A DNA stretch of 64,000 bases, taken from Candidatus Latescibacterota bacterium (GTDB lineage: Bacteria > Latescibacterota > UBA2968 > UBA8231). The stretch covers positions 1,984,001 to 2,048,000 of the forward strand of contig OZ253462.1 in assembly GCA_965261395.1 (NCBI GenBank), written 5' to 3'. Shown in pieces: positions 42,339-52,395 of the stretch. Under the pieces are notes generated by a model. That model was not told the DNA's origin and made no database searches. It saw only the letters and a program-made list of their open reading frames with translations. A program made the translations under genes and the position numbers. The first letter of the stretch is position 1, and each line of letters starts with the position of its first letter.

Positions 42339-43709
42339 CTACAACGTCAGAATCAGCCCTTGTGCCAAGAGCGACTCAACCGTCTGGGCAAACGCCGCGG
42401 TCGCCTCCTCGACATCTTGGGCCGTGTGCGCCGACGAGAGCACGCCACCGGTGGAGCTCATGTTATCGACCCCATAATAGCGCAGATTGCGCTGGTACTC
42501 TTCGACTAGCTTCCCCGGCATCCCCTTGAGCCGCTCGGCCTCGGTCGCGTGTAAATCCGCCCGGCTGTGGGCTTTTTGCACGCGCTGGCGATCGGTTTCA
42601 AAATAGACGTGGAAGGTCGAACACACTCCGTACACGTACCCGGCGATACCTCGGCGCTCCAGTACTTCGTCCCAGGCGGTGCGCAGCTCGGCGGCGCGGG
42701 CGTTGGCTTGGTCTATCGGCTCGCCCGTGGCCACGCGCTTGAGCACGGCGATCCCAGCCGCAGCCGAAAGCGGTGCCCCGTTAAAAGTCCCTTGGTGCGT
42801 CACCCGCTGACGGGCATCGTCCGTCACGTCGAAGAGGGCCATAATGTCCGCTCGCCCCACCACGGCCCCGCCGGGCATGCCGCCGGCGACCACCTTGGCA
42901 AAACAAGACAGGTCCGGCCGCAGCCCGTAGAGCACTTGCGCACCGCCTGGGCTGAAGCGAAAGCCGGTGACCACTTCATCGAAAATCAGCACTACCCCGC
43001 GCGCGCTGGTTATTGTTTGCAGATCGCGCAAAAACTCCGGCGCTAAGGGCACTCGTCCCCACGATCCCCCCGACGGCTCGATAATAACCGCCGCAATATC
43101 GCCCTCTGCGTCGAGGACATCGGCGACGTGGTCTGCATCCCCCGCCGGCATGCAGACCACGTGCTCGCGCACCTGTGGCGGGATGCCCAACGAGCCGTCC
43201 GCGTCAAAGGGCGGCTGCACGCCGCGCATCACATCGTCGTGCCACCCGTGGAAGTGGCCGGCAAAGCGCAGCACCTTGTGGCGGCCAGTAAACGCTCGCG
43301 CCAAGCGCAGCGCCAGCAGGGTCGCCTCCGTCCCCGAATTGACCAAACGCACGCGCTCGGCCGAGGGGACCAGGGCCTGTATCCGCTCGGCCCACTCGAT
43401 GTGCAGCGGATGGTCGTTGCCAAAGTGCGTCCCTCGCCCCACCGCCTCGGCGATGGCCGCTACGACTTCGGCGGGCGCGTGCCCCAAGAGCAGGGCACCA
43501 TTGCCGAGTAGGAAGTCGATGTACTCGTTGCCATCGACATCCCATTTGCGGCCGCCGGCCCCCCGCTCGATATAAAGCGGCACCGGCGTCGCGTAGCGCA
43601 GATCGTGCCCAGCCTTGCCGCCGAGCACCTTGCAAGCGCGGGCAAAGTACTCCTGCGACCGGGGGCGCTCCGCTCCGTAAGCCGCGTATATTTCACTGTG
43701 CATCGCCAT
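42339..43709 (-). CDS. class III PLP aminotransferase (GSA aminomutase-like)
   Basis: DVDGNEYID, NSGTEA, FDEVVTGFR, HQGTFNG. Confidence 0.85.
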   Translation of the reverse strand: MAMHSEIYAAYGAERPRSQEYFARACKVLGGKAGHDLRYATPVPLYIERGAGGRKWDVDGNEYIDFLLGNGALLLGHAPAEVVAAIAEAVGRGTHFGNDHPLHIEWAERIQALVPSAERVRLVNSGTEATLLALRLARAFTGRHKVLRFAGHFHGWHDDVMRGVQPPFDADGSLGIPPQVREHVVCMPAGDADHVADVLDAEGDIAAVIIEPSGGSWGRVPLAPEFLRDLQTITSARGVVLIFDEVVTGFRFSPGGAQVLYGLRPDLSCFAKVVAGGMPGGAVVGRADIMALFDVTDDARQRVTHQGTFNGAPLSAAAGIAVLKRVATGEPIDQANARAAELRTAWDEVLERRGIAGYVYGVCSTFHVYFETDRQRVQKAHSRADLHATEAERLKGMPGKLVEEYQRNLRYYGVDNMSSTGGVLSSAHTAQDVEEATAAFAQTVESLLAQGLILTL

Positions 43710-43720
43710 AGCCTTTCTAT

Positions 43721-44470
43721 CTACGACCGTCCGCCACAGGCGGTAATCGTCTGTCCGGTGATAAAACTGGACTCTTCGGACAATAAAAAACGGACCACTG
43801 ACGCCATCTCGGCTGGATCGGCCATCCGTCCCATCGGGGTGTTAGCGATTAGCTCGGCGACTTGCCCGGGATTGGCCGAGCGCGCTAGCTCGGTATCCGT
43901 CAGCCCTGGCGCTAGACAGTTGATCCGCACGTTGTGCTCGGCAAGCGCTTGGGCGCACTGCCGGGTGAAGGCGATGACGGCCGCCTTTGTCGTGGCGTAG
44001 TGGATCATGTTCGGCTTGAGCAGCCAAGCGGCCAGCGAGGAGATATTGACGATCCGCCCAAAGCGCCGCGCGATCATCTCGTCCTTGACGGCCCAGGTGG
44101 TCAAAAACGGCCCGTGGACATTGACCGCGAACATCCTTTCCCACTCGGCAAAGCCGAACTCGCTGTGCTCTTGGGTATAGGCGATCCCAGCGTTGTTGAC
44201 CAGCAGCTCGACCGGCCCGAATGCCGCGCGCACTTGGGCGACCATCCGCTCGACTTCTGCCTGCTGTGACACGTCGGCCTGGACGGCCATGCCCTCGGTG
44301 CCGCATGCCTCGACCTGCGCCAGAATCTCCTGCGCCGCCTCGGCGTTGTGTTGGTAGTTGATGGCGACCTTGGCCCCGTGCTCGGCCAGCATCCGGACGA
44401 TGGCGCGGCCGATGCCGCGACTGCCACCGGTTACTAAGGCAGTGCGCCCGGCAAATATTGCTGCGGTCAT
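43721..44470 (-). CDS. short-chain dehydrogenase/reductase
   Basis: TGGSRGIG, NNAG, YATTK. Confidence 0.9.
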   Translation of the reverse strand: MTAAIFAGRTALVTGGSRGIGRAIVRMLAEHGAKVAINYQHNAEAAQEILAQVEACGTEGMAVQADVSQQAEVERMVAQVRAAFGPVELLVNNAGIAYTQEHSEFGFAEWERMFAVNVHGPFLTTWAVKDEMIARRFGRIVNISSLAAWLLKPNMIHYATTKAAVIAFTRQCAQALAEHNVRINCLAPGLTDTELARSANPGQVAELIANTPMGRMADPAEMASVVRFLLSEESSFITGQTITACGGRS

Positions 44471-44515
44471 GTGCGTTGGCTTTCGTTAGTCGAGAGGAAA
44501 TTTTGATGATAGCGC

Positions 44516-44545
44516 AAAAAGGGGCCGGGAGCAATCCCGACCCCT
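44516..44545 (-). terminator. intrinsic terminator of the ytr-like operon
   Basis: Minus strand GGGGTCGGGA-ttgc-TCCCGGCCCC-TTTTT. Confidence 0.75.
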
Positions 44546-44642
44546 CTTCTTGGAGCGTCCCGCGAAAATTGCCGAGCAACGCCGTCTGACAGTGCGCCCC
44601 TAGGAACGAGAGCGGAACTCCGTCGTCCTGCGGCCTCCTCCC

Positions 44643-46256
44643 CTAGTCCAAACGGTACGCCACCAGCGCACCGCCCCTAGGCACGTAAAGATACCCATTG
44701 GCCACGGATGGGGGGCCGAAGCCCCAACGGTCCCTATCGGGGTCGACCAAGGAACCGCCTTCGATTAGTGCCCCGTACTCAGCTATAGTCCACGTTCTCA
44801 CTCCAACGCCTGACGACCGCTGTATTAGCCTGTAGACCATTCCATCGACAACCCGAATGCCGTCGCTTCGAGGCAGCGGCAAGTATCCTACTTCGCGTAA
44901 TTGGTCGAGATTGGTAATATCAAACTCGACCAACTCTTGCGGCCAAAAGCGCTCGACATAGAGCTTGTCGCCATCGGTGGCTACTAGCCTAGAATCGTAG
45001 TAAGACTGAGGCCGAAAGGACTCCAGGGTGTACCGCCCGATCTCGCGCAAAGCGTGCGCATCGGCCACATCAATGACCACCAGCTCATGCTCAGTCCCTA
45101 TGTAGGCACGACTCCCGCGTACACTTACATGGCACCGCCGCTTCCACCTATTGGGACCGTCCACGGGGTCGGGAATGGGCATTATCACCCGCTCATCGCC
45201 CACCACCGGCATTCCCTCCGCGTCGAGAGCGAAAGCCTCGGCAACCAAGGCGTAGCCCCGCTCCCGGACGAGGAGCAAACCGCCGTCTGTGGCTCCCCAA
45301 TACTGCTGGTAGCGAAACCTTTTCCTTTTTGTCCGGTGGTCTATATAGGCGAGTCCACCTTGGACAGCGAGGGCCTCATAGTGCTGCTTATCAGGGGCTT
45401 CTAGCACCCCAGCAGGCATCCGTTGGTTGACGAGCGGTCCCCCGTAGAAAATCGCAAAGACGACGGCAATGATCGCACCCCACCCTATCGCCACCGTGCG
45501 CCACGGGAGGATTGCCTCGCGGTAGCGTCGCAAAAGCACCACCGCCACCACCAGCGCTGCCGCTGTCAAAACCATATTGGCCAAGACCTTCACCCAAAAC
45601 CGGGCCGAGTCCGTCGCCAAGCGCACCAAATGCCCTTGGTCATCCAAGCCGATTGCGACGAGTGGGTAGCGATTGAGCAGCGGAAAAATGGCCGTCGCCG
45701 GGCCGGTGAGGAAAACCCCTAACATCACGGCCAGCGCAATACCCACGGCGGCGCCCTTGAAGGGATGGTCCGTCATCACCGAGCCGATAAAAACTAGGGC
45801 ATAGAGCAGCGAGAATTGAGTAAACGACAGGGCGACCATTGAGGCATAGTCGATGCTCTGCACGGTGACCAGTTTATATGCCAGCCACGCGCGGCTCGCC
45901 TCAAGACTGGCCAAGTCTATGTACACCGTCGCCCAAGCCATTAGCGCGACCAACAGCAGCCCGCCAAGTCCCACTAAGAACTTGACGGCCAGCACCGTCG
46001 CGCCCGTCACCGGCTTGTCTATGAGGAAGGATAGGGTGCCGGTGTTGCGCTCGCGGGCGATGGCGTCCATGGCCAGCACAATCGCCATCAGCACCAGACC
46101 ACCCATAATTAGCACTTCGAAACCTTCTGCATAGCTGCGGTTGAAATCGACATTGCGCCGCATTAGACAGACCACTACGGCGAGCGCGACGGCCACCAGC
46201 ACCTTGGGCAGGATTTCGCGGCCCTCTTTCCACAACAACGCGTACAAGGTGCTCAT
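44643..46256 (-). CDS. ABC-2 type permease fused to LVIVD-like repeat domain
   Basis: LLWKE.RE start, E...GTLSFL..KPV, TMs, then LVVIDV/LVEFDIT repeats; ATGA overlap with the upstream gene. Confidence 0.75.
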   Translation of the reverse strand: MSTLYALLWKEGREILPKVLVAVALAVVVCLMRRNVDFNRSYAEGFEVLIMGGLVLMAIVLAMDAIARERNTGTLSFLIDKPVTGATVLAVKFLVGLGGLLLVALMAWATVYIDLASLEASRAWLAYKLVTVQSIDYASMVALSFTQFSLLYALVFIGSVMTDHPFKGAAVGIALAVMLGVFLTGPATAIFPLLNRYPLVAIGLDDQGHLVRLATDSARFWVKVLANMVLTAAALVVAVVLLRRYREAILPWRTVAIGWGAIIAVVFAIFYGGPLVNQRMPAGVLEAPDKQHYEALAVQGGLAYIDHRTKRKRFRYQQYWGATDGGLLLVRERGYALVAEAFALDAEGMPVVGDERVIMPIPDPVDGPNRWKRRCHVSVRGSRAYIGTEHELVVIDVADAHALREIGRYTLESFRPQSYYDSRLVATDGDKLYVERFWPQELVEFDITNLDQLREVGYLPLPRSDGIRVVDGMVYRLIQRSSGVGVRTWTIAEYGALIEGGSLVDPDRDRWGFGPPSVANGYLYVPRGGALVAYRLD

Positions 46257-48133
46257 AGCCGGCCTCCTTTGGCCTGCTCCAGCGGGAACACCATGAGCGA
46301 ACGCCCGATTAGGGTGTAGAAATGGCCGTGGACGAGATGGAGCCGTTGCCAACCACGACTGAAAGAAGACCGAGACTGTAGCTCGTCGGGCACTTGCCAA
46401 TAACCCACGTCCTCGTAGGCGTGATAATCGGTCAACCGATCGACAAATAACCCATTCCCTGCCGTGCTGTACACCCAGTCGTCGATTATTTTTATCGTAT
46501 TCTTAGCATCAAAAAACCAGTACCCGATCTCACGTGGCCTATTCGGATCGGTAATGTCGAAGGCTACCAAGTTTCCGGGCCAGTACCGTTGGACGTAGAG
46601 CGTGTTGCCCTCGCGGGTTATTGGGCGGCTCTTGTGCGAGTCGTACTCACTATTGTAGTCGCCCATTTCCACTCGCACAGTCTCTTGCAGCGCCCCTAGA
46701 TTCCGGGCATCCACCGCGAGAAAACCGTCCCCGTATCCTACCCATATCCGCTCGTTGCGTACGTGCATGGACAGTTTGCGATTCCACCAGCCTCTGAAGT
46801 CATCCTTGTAGCCCTCTGGTAGCTCCTCGACGATCAGCTCGTCCGCCTGTGCTGGCAGCCCTTCCGCATCTAACGCAAACGACACTATTCCCAACTTATT
46901 GCCCCAACGCCCACTGAGGATCAGCCCTTCGCCGCAGCGATCCCAGTTCCAAAATTCCTCTATGTCGTCGCCAATTATCCGGTACCCTTTGAAGACCGGA
47001 TTGGCCGGATCGCCGACTCTGAAGACGGCGATGCCGAGGCTGTCGGCGGGCAAGCCCTTGCGCCGGCCGAGTAGATAGACCAGTGAATCCACGACCGCGA
47101 CTCGGCTCATCGACCACTGCGGTTCCTCCACGGCAGCTAGTAGCTCAGGCTTAGTAGGATCGCGCAAATCGACGACCGCCAAGCCCCCTTCAGTCGCTAC
47201 ATACCCCCGATCTCCGACGATGGCCAAGTCGAGATAGGCTCCCTCTTTGGGCGTCAGCACACTCAACGGGCCCGGTCTCGGCGGCCGGGGCCCAGAGGTC
47301 ATATCCATCGCGATTATAAAAGCGATCAGGGCCAGCCAGCCGATGACAATGGGCTTCCAGCCGATGCTGACCCCTCGAAAGCGGTGAAAAAGCACGATGG
47401 AAATCGCCACACCCGCCGCCATCACTGCCGCTGTCGCGCCTAACCTCACCAGATAGCCCCACGGGTCGCCCACTATGCGGACTACCGTCCCCCGGAAGCT
47501 GATTCCTAGATCGAAGGAGAAGAACGGCTTGAGTGCAGGGAAATACCGGAGCACATCGTCGGTCGCTAGAACCAAGACGATCAGCAGCAAAGTGCCCAAG
47601 GCCGCCCCCTTGAGCGGGTGGTCGGTCACCGTCGAGCTGGCGAATATCACGCTGTAGGCAATCAACCCCGGCGTAAGGGAGACCAGCAACATGTTGACAT
47701 AGCCTACCTCCTCGGCGAGCCGCTTTACGGAGGGATACCAAGTGCCGCCACCGCTATAGATGCTGTAGCCCTTAGACGCCAGCCCCTCCAAGTCCAGATA
47801 CACCGTCGCCCAAGCCCCGGCAACCAGCACCAACAGGGCCACCGCGCCGACGACGTACTTGGGCAGCAACACTTCCTGTGCCGACAGGGGTTTGCCCAGC
47901 AAAAACGACAAGGTGCCCTTGCTGCTTTCCTTGGCGACCAAGCCCATGCCCAGCGCGCCGCCGCAGACCAAGATAGAGATCGTAATCCACATCCCGAAGT
48001 CTCGGGCAAATTCCTCGTTGAATTCCGCGTTCTGCCGTAGCGCCACCACCATCGCGCATAGCCCCAACCCCACCAGCACCTTTGGCAGCTCCTCGCGGCT
48101 TTCCTTCCACAGCAATGCGCGCCAAGCCCTCAC
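46253..48133 (-). CDS. ABC-2 type permease fused to LVIVD-like repeat domain
   Basis: LLWKESRE, GTLSFLLGKP, GLAVVDLRDPTKP repeats. Confidence 0.8.
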   Translation of the reverse strand: MRAWRALLWKESREELPKVLVGLGLCAMVVALRQNAEFNEEFARDFGMWITISILVCGGALGMGLVAKESSKGTLSFLLGKPLSAQEVLLPKYVVGAVALLVLVAGAWATVYLDLEGLASKGYSIYSGGGTWYPSVKRLAEEVGYVNMLLVSLTPGLIAYSVIFASSTVTDHPLKGAALGTLLLIVLVLATDDVLRYFPALKPFFSFDLGISFRGTVVRIVGDPWGYLVRLGATAAVMAAGVAISIVLFHRFRGVSIGWKPIVIGWLALIAFIIAMDMTSGPRPPRPGPLSVLTPKEGAYLDLAIVGDRGYVATEGGLAVVDLRDPTKPELLAAVEEPQWSMSRVAVVDSLVYLLGRRKGLPADSLGIAVFRVGDPANPVFKGYRIIGDDIEEFWNWDRCGEGLILSGRWGNKLGIVSFALDAEGLPAQADELIVEELPEGYKDDFRGWWNRKLSMHVRNERIWVGYGDGFLAVDARNLGALQETVRVEMGDYNSEYDSHKSRPITREGNTLYVQRYWPGNLVAFDITDPNRPREIGYWFFDAKNTIKIIDDWVYSTAGNGLFVDRLTDYHAYEDVGYWQVPDELQSRSSFSRGWQRLHLVHGHFYTLIGRSLMVFPLEQAKGGRL

Positions 48134-49026
48134 GATGGAAGCTCCCCTTGTGGCGTCACGTGTTCGACGAAACTCTCCTCTAAGCTCAAGTCGATCACCT
48201 CGACAACTTGTCCGCCCGCCTGTTCGATCTGCGCTTTGGCCTCGTCTCCGTAGTCGAAAATGGTCAAGAGCCGCTGGCGGGCCTCGCCCTGCACACCGCG
48301 CAGCCCCGGCACCCCGGCAAAATCCACCGTGCCCTCAGTCCGCACCAGCACCCGCTTAACCTGCTGCCGCACCGCGTCCAACTCGTCGCAGACCAGCAAC
48401 TTGCCCTGTTCAATAATGGCGACTTGATCGGCCACTCGTTCGACCTCATGCACTAAATGCGACGAGAAAAACACCGTCCGGCCTTCCGCACTGATGACTT
48501 GGATAATGCTTTCGAGCACGTCGCGGCGCACGATCACGTCCAGCCCAGAAGCCGGCTCGTCGAGGATCAACAGCTCTGGGTCGTGCCCCAGCACCAAGGC
48601 CAGATTGAGTTGGGCATTCATCCCCCGCGACAGGTGCTTGACCTTCTGCTTGGGGTCCAGCCCGAAGTGCTCAATCAGCGTGGCGACCTTCTGCTGATCC
48701 CAACGCGGATACAACTGCCCGGCAAACCACGCCACCTCCTCGACCTTCATCCAGTCGTAGAGCACCGGATTGTCCGAGATGTAGCCCACCCGCTTCTTGA
48801 GTTCCTTTTCGTGGACATACGGGTCTTGGCCCAACACCTCCACCGTGCCGGCGGTGGGTTTGAGCATATTCATCAGTACTTTGATGGTCGTGGTCTTGCC
48901 GGCCCCGTTGCGCCCTAAAAAGCCGAAGATGCTGCCTTGGGGCACCTCCAAGTCCAACCCATCTACCGCTTGGTGGTTGCCAAAGGTTTTAACCAAGCCT
49001 GCGATGCGAATCGCCGCTGCTGCCAT
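48130..49026 (-). CDS. ABC transporter ATP-binding protein (YtrB-like)
   Basis: GRNGAGKT, LSRGM, LILDEP, SSH. Confidence 0.9.
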   Translation of the reverse strand: MAAAAIRIAGLVKTFGNHQAVDGLDLEVPQGSIFGFLGRNGAGKTTTIKVLMNMLKPTAGTVEVLGQDPYVHEKELKKRVGYISDNPVLYDWMKVEEVAWFAGQLYPRWDQQKVATLIEHFGLDPKQKVKHLSRGMNAQLNLALVLGHDPELLILDEPASGLDVIVRRDVLESIIQVISAEGRTVFFSSHLVHEVERVADQVAIIEQGKLLVCDELDAVRQQVKRVLVRTEGTVDFAGVPGLRGVQGEARQRLLTIFDYGDEAKAQIEQAGGQVVEVIDLSLEESFVEHVTPQGELPS

Positions 49027-49037
49027 AGTTGCTTCTC

Positions 49038-49457
49038 CTATTGGCCACTGAATTTTTCTAGGGTTTCCTCAAACACTCGGCGCAGACTCGCCGCGTCCAA
49101 CCCGAGCTGCGTCCCTTCCACCAGTGCTTTTTCTATTAGCTTGCGGATGATGTTCAGCCGCTCTTCGGTACTCATAGAGACCCCCTTTTCGGCGACGTAA
49201 GTCCCCATGCCGCGCCTTTTGTAGATGACGCCCTCGCGCTCCAATTCGAGATAGGCGCGGGCGACGGTGTTCGGGTTGATCAAATGGGCGCTGGCCAGGG
49301 CCCGCACCGAGGGCAGCTCGTCGTCGGCTTTGAGGATGCCGGTGGCGATGTGATACTTGATCTGCTCGATCAGTTGCAAGTAGATCGGCACCCCTCCAGT
49401 GGTATCGAGGCGCAGATGCAGCGCGTCTCCTCCACGTGCGATCTCGCGTTTAGCCAT
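49038..49457 (-). CDS. GntR family regulator, YtrA subfamily
   Basis: PIYLQL, LPSVRALA...INPNTVARAY, RRGMGTYV, short C-terminal domain. Confidence 0.9.
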   Translation of the reverse strand: MAKREIARGGDALHLRLDTTGGVPIYLQLIEQIKYHIATGILKADDELPSVRALASAHLINPNTVARAYLELEREGVIYKRRGMGTYVAEKGVSMSTEERLNIIRKLIEKALVEGTQLGLDAASLRRVFEETLEKFSGQ

Positions 49458-49480
49458 GAGCGTCTTTCCGTATGGTGATT

Positions 49481-49524
49481 TACTGTGTTAATTCATTAAT
49501 ACAGTACAAAAAGAGTCTTGTCAA
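49481..49524 (-). promoter_or_regulatory. sigma70-type promoter overlapped by a palindromic YtrA-type operator
   Basis: TTGACA-17bp-TATTAA on the minus strand; palindrome TACTGTGTTAAT-tc-ATTAATACAGTA at 49481-49506. Confidence 0.7.
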
Positions 49525-49536
49525 GCACTTGTTGAC

Positions 49537-49573
49537 AAAAAAAGCGGGCGAGGGAACCATGTCCCTCGCCCGC
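49537..49573 (-). terminator. intrinsic terminator after the DUF262-HEPN operon
   Basis: 12-bp stem GCGGGCGAGGGA/TCCCTCGCCCGC with T7 on the minus strand. Confidence 0.85.
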
Positions 49574-49635
49574 ATCGGGTTAATTGTTGTTTTTATTGGA
49601 GTTACAATAATATACAATCGAAACGCAATAAAATT

Positions 49636-50190
49636 TTACTCAGACAACGCACGTGTGCTACTGGAACTCTCTTCTTCAGTGAACCTATTGAGTTCATCCG
49701 GGAACCATTCTATGAATGTCTTCGCATCAGAGTAGAGTTTGTATATTTCCTCGGAGGTTTTCTCAAGAGAGAAGCTACCATAGTCGCCATGAACAAGACG
49801 ATTCCTCTCGCGGCCAATTTCTAAGAACGCGTGTATGGATGTTTCTATCTCGCCGTTTACCTTATCCGATATATGATTCTTGAAAGGCTCGCCAAATAGA
49901 CTAAAAAACTTATTGGCATTCTTACCCTCCCAAGCAAACCATGTGTGGTACTGACGGCTCACTGCTTTGTTTTGTACAAGCCACTTTATAGGATGATCTT
50001 TTGCAGTAACCTGTTCCACAAAATTAATCACTACCTCCGTCATAGACCGTTCAAAATGGCTCGCGGCAGCTATCAATAATACCTTCCTAAAGTTTTCATC
50101 TGCAATGCTACGCCATGAGATTTCGCCTGACTCGTCCAAGAATTCCAATATATTAGAGAAATCTTCATGTAAGCCATCAATAACACTCAT
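49636..50190 (-). CDS. HEPN-domain protein (putative RNase effector)
   Basis: Rx4H motif RNRLVH, AASHFE helix, low GC, downstream of DUF262. Confidence 0.75.
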   Translation of the reverse strand: MSVIDGLHEDFSNILEFLDESGEISWRSIADENFRKVLLIAAASHFERSMTEVVINFVEQVTAKDHPIKWLVQNKAVSRQYHTWFAWEGKNANKFFSLFGEPFKNHISDKVNGEIETSIHAFLEIGRERNRLVHGDYGSFSLEKTSEEIYKLYSDAKTFIEWFPDELNRFTEEESSSSTRALSE

Positions 50191-50250
50191 CAGGGTTCGG
50201 CTCCCACCGCGAGGGAACCCACAAGTTCTCGTGCCCTATTCAGTCTCTTA

Positions 50251-51180
50251 GAAGCCGTCTGAAAACCCTCTGATGTAGCCGAATTTGAAAGGGCGTACTC
50301 ATCGAGCCATATTCAGGTTTCACCACAAAATCTGAACAGAAAGGCTTGTATAATGAGTACGCCGCGTAGGCAATATGCCACCGATCTAACCGATGGACAA
50401 TGGCAGCGGATCGAACCGTTGCTGCCCGCGCCGCGCTGGCGGCTTCACGGTCCGGGTCGGCCGCCGCGGGATCGACGCCAAATCGTCAACGGCCTTTTAT
50501 ATTTGAACAAGACGGGGTGTCCTTGGGCTTTGTTGCCTGCTTGTTTTGGGCCGTGGAAAACGGGGTATGATTACTTTCGTCGCTGGAGCCTGCAAGGGGT
50601 CTGGCCGCCGGTGTTGGATCGGTTGACCAAGCGGGAACGCCGCCAGAGCGGCCGGGCGGCGATGCCGTCGGCTGGCTGCGTCGATAGTCAGACGATTAAG
50701 ACCGCAACGCATGGTAAAACAACCGGGTATGACGCCGGTAAAAAGATCAAAGGCCGCAAACGGCATTTGTTGGTGGACACGTCGGGTTTGCTTCGACAGG
50801 TGGTGGTCACCGCCGCCGATGTCGATGATCGAGAGGGTTTGAAGCAGGTGTTGACCCGCTTGAAGGCCGCCGGAGTGGCTCGGTTACGCAAGCTGTGGGT
50901 TGATGGCGGCTACCAAGGCGAGGCCATCCGAACGTGGGTGGCCAACCAAAAAAAGACGCACAAAATAGACTTGGAAGTCGTCGCCAAACAAGGCTCCGGA
51001 TTTACCCTAGTTAAACGCCGGTGGGTCGTCGAGCGCACCTTGGCGTGGTTGATGAATTTTCGCCGACATGCGAGAGATTATGAGGTCTTGACCCGCCATA
51101 GTGAAGCCTTGATCCAGATTGCCATGATCCACTTGCTACTTAAACGAATCAAATGAAAATTAGAGTTTTCAGACGGCTTC
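50251..51180 (+). mobile_element. IS5-family insertion sequence (IS1031-like), intact
   Basis: Perfect 16-bp terminal IRs GAAGCCGTCTGAAAAC/GTTTTCAGACGGCTTC; 3-bp TTA target duplication at 50248-50250 and 51181-51183. Confidence 0.95.
50353..51156 (+). CDS. IS5-family DDE transposase
   Basis: YATDLTDGQW, VDSQT, GYDAGKKIKGRKRH, VDGGY, RWVVERT. Confidence 0.95.
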   Translation: MSTPRRQYATDLTDGQWQRIEPLLPAPRWRLHGPGRPPRDRRQIVNGLLYLNKTGCPWALLPACFGPWKTGYDYFRRWSLQGVWPPVLDRLTKRERRQSGRAAMPSAGCVDSQTIKTATHGKTTGYDAGKKIKGRKRHLLVDTSGLLRQVVVTAADVDDREGLKQVLTRLKAAGVARLRKLWVDGGYQGEAIRTWVANQKKTHKIDLEVVAKQGSGFTLVKRRWVVERTLAWLMNFRRHARDYEVLTRHSEALIQIAMIHLLLKRIK

Positions 51181-52307
51181 TTATGCACATTTGAGGTGTC
51201 CGTAGTGCTTACTCGGCTCGCTTCAGAGAAATCCCGGTCTTTTTCAAGAGTTTGCAGGCACTCTATGTCTATCTCACCATCGACGACGCGTTGTTCTGCA
51301 AATGCCTTCTCACATGCAACCGTAAAAACTGCCTCATAGAGCGCAACATTAAATCGATTGTTTTTTTTATTTTCGAATGCATCGTCCGGTAAATTGGAGC
51401 ATGCCTTTAGAAACGACTCAAAAAGTTTCCGGCAGTATACATTCTGCTCCGGACATTGATTTTTACATTTTTTAGAAAACTGATTCAAGAACTTGGTCAG
51501 GGACGGCGCATAATTATCGCCGTCGACAAGTGTGGCAAACCCACGAAGAAGAAATTCAATGTCTCTCATATGTAGATCAGGTACGGGCTGCCCCAAAATT
51601 CTCCGCCACTCCGGTAGACTGTTGATATTGTACAGTATTTTGTAGAATTCCGAGTGATACATGCTAGTGCGAATCTCTTGCGGACTTAAGGTTATACCAC
51701 CCGTATTGAGTCGGTTAAATATCTCATATATTGCAGAATCGTCGGAAGGCATATTCTGTCTGACGACAATATTTCTTATTGGTCGTAAATCGAACTGGGT
51801 CTTGTAGTCACCAAGTGTCGCGTAGTTTAGGCCCTTAAACGTACTTGGATGATTGGGAATTTTTTCTTGCAGCCGGAGGTTGAAAGGCTGAAAATAGCTG
51901 TCGTCGTGCAGTATTTTCTCTGGAATGCGTCCTTCTTTATCGAATATAGAGCGAAGTTCTACTCGCGCTTCTTTCCGCGGGAACCGCTTCTTGATAAAAT
52001 AGTAGATTGACATCAGGCGCTGTTGGCCATCTATGACGAGAAGCTCATTATGCTCCTGTTCGTAAAGGAACAATTGCGGTACCGGTAGACCAAGTATGAG
52101 GGATTCAATCAGTTTAGACGCCCGTCCCAAATCCCAGACGAAGTTGCGCTGAAAGCCGGGAATGCGTACCGCACCGGATTCCACGAAGCTGTGCAATGTC
52201 ATTACGTTGAAATCGTTGGGAGATACGGTAATATCGTACTCCTCGACTTGCAACTCGTCCACATCTTCTGCGTAATCTTCGAACCAAGACTGTCCGTTTT
52301 CGTCCAT
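51078..52307 (-). CDS. DUF262 (ParB-like/GmrS) protein with its C-terminus interrupted by the IS
   Basis: PGFQRNFVW, LIESLILGLPVP, IDGQQRL, IFNRLNTGG; the native last 18 codons lie at 50190-50247 beyond the IS. Confidence 0.85.
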   Translation of the reverse strand: MDENGQSWFEDYAEDVDELQVEEYDITVSPNDFNVMTLHSFVESGAVRIPGFQRNFVWDLGRASKLIESLILGLPVPQLFLYEQEHNELLVIDGQQRLMSIYYFIKKRFPRKEARVELRSIFDKEGRIPEKILHDDSYFQPFNLRLQEKIPNHPSTFKGLNYATLGDYKTQFDLRPIRNIVVRQNMPSDDSAIYEIFNRLNTGGITLSPQEIRTSMYHSEFYKILYNINSLPEWRRILGQPVPDLHMRDIEFLLRGFATLVDGDNYAPSLTKFLNQFSKKCKNQCPEQNVYCRKLFESFLKACSNLPDDAFENKKNNRFNVALYEAVFTVACEKAFAEQRVVDGEIDIECLQTLEKDRDFSEASRVSTTDTSNVHKKPSENSNFHLIRLSSKWIMAIWIKASLWRVKTS

Positions 52308-52395
52308 CTTATCCTCTTTTGAGAAGGGTTCTTAAAATCCATTTCGGGGTCGGATCCGAAGACCTCGATCGCAAGGTCAGCGACAAACGCATCCA

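Noticed and set aside
44546-44642. Possible riboswitch (fluoride-like GACGGAGTTCCGC) before the terminator
   Set aside because: The downstream pseudoknot/conserved segment was not found, and the terminator is explained by the ytr operon
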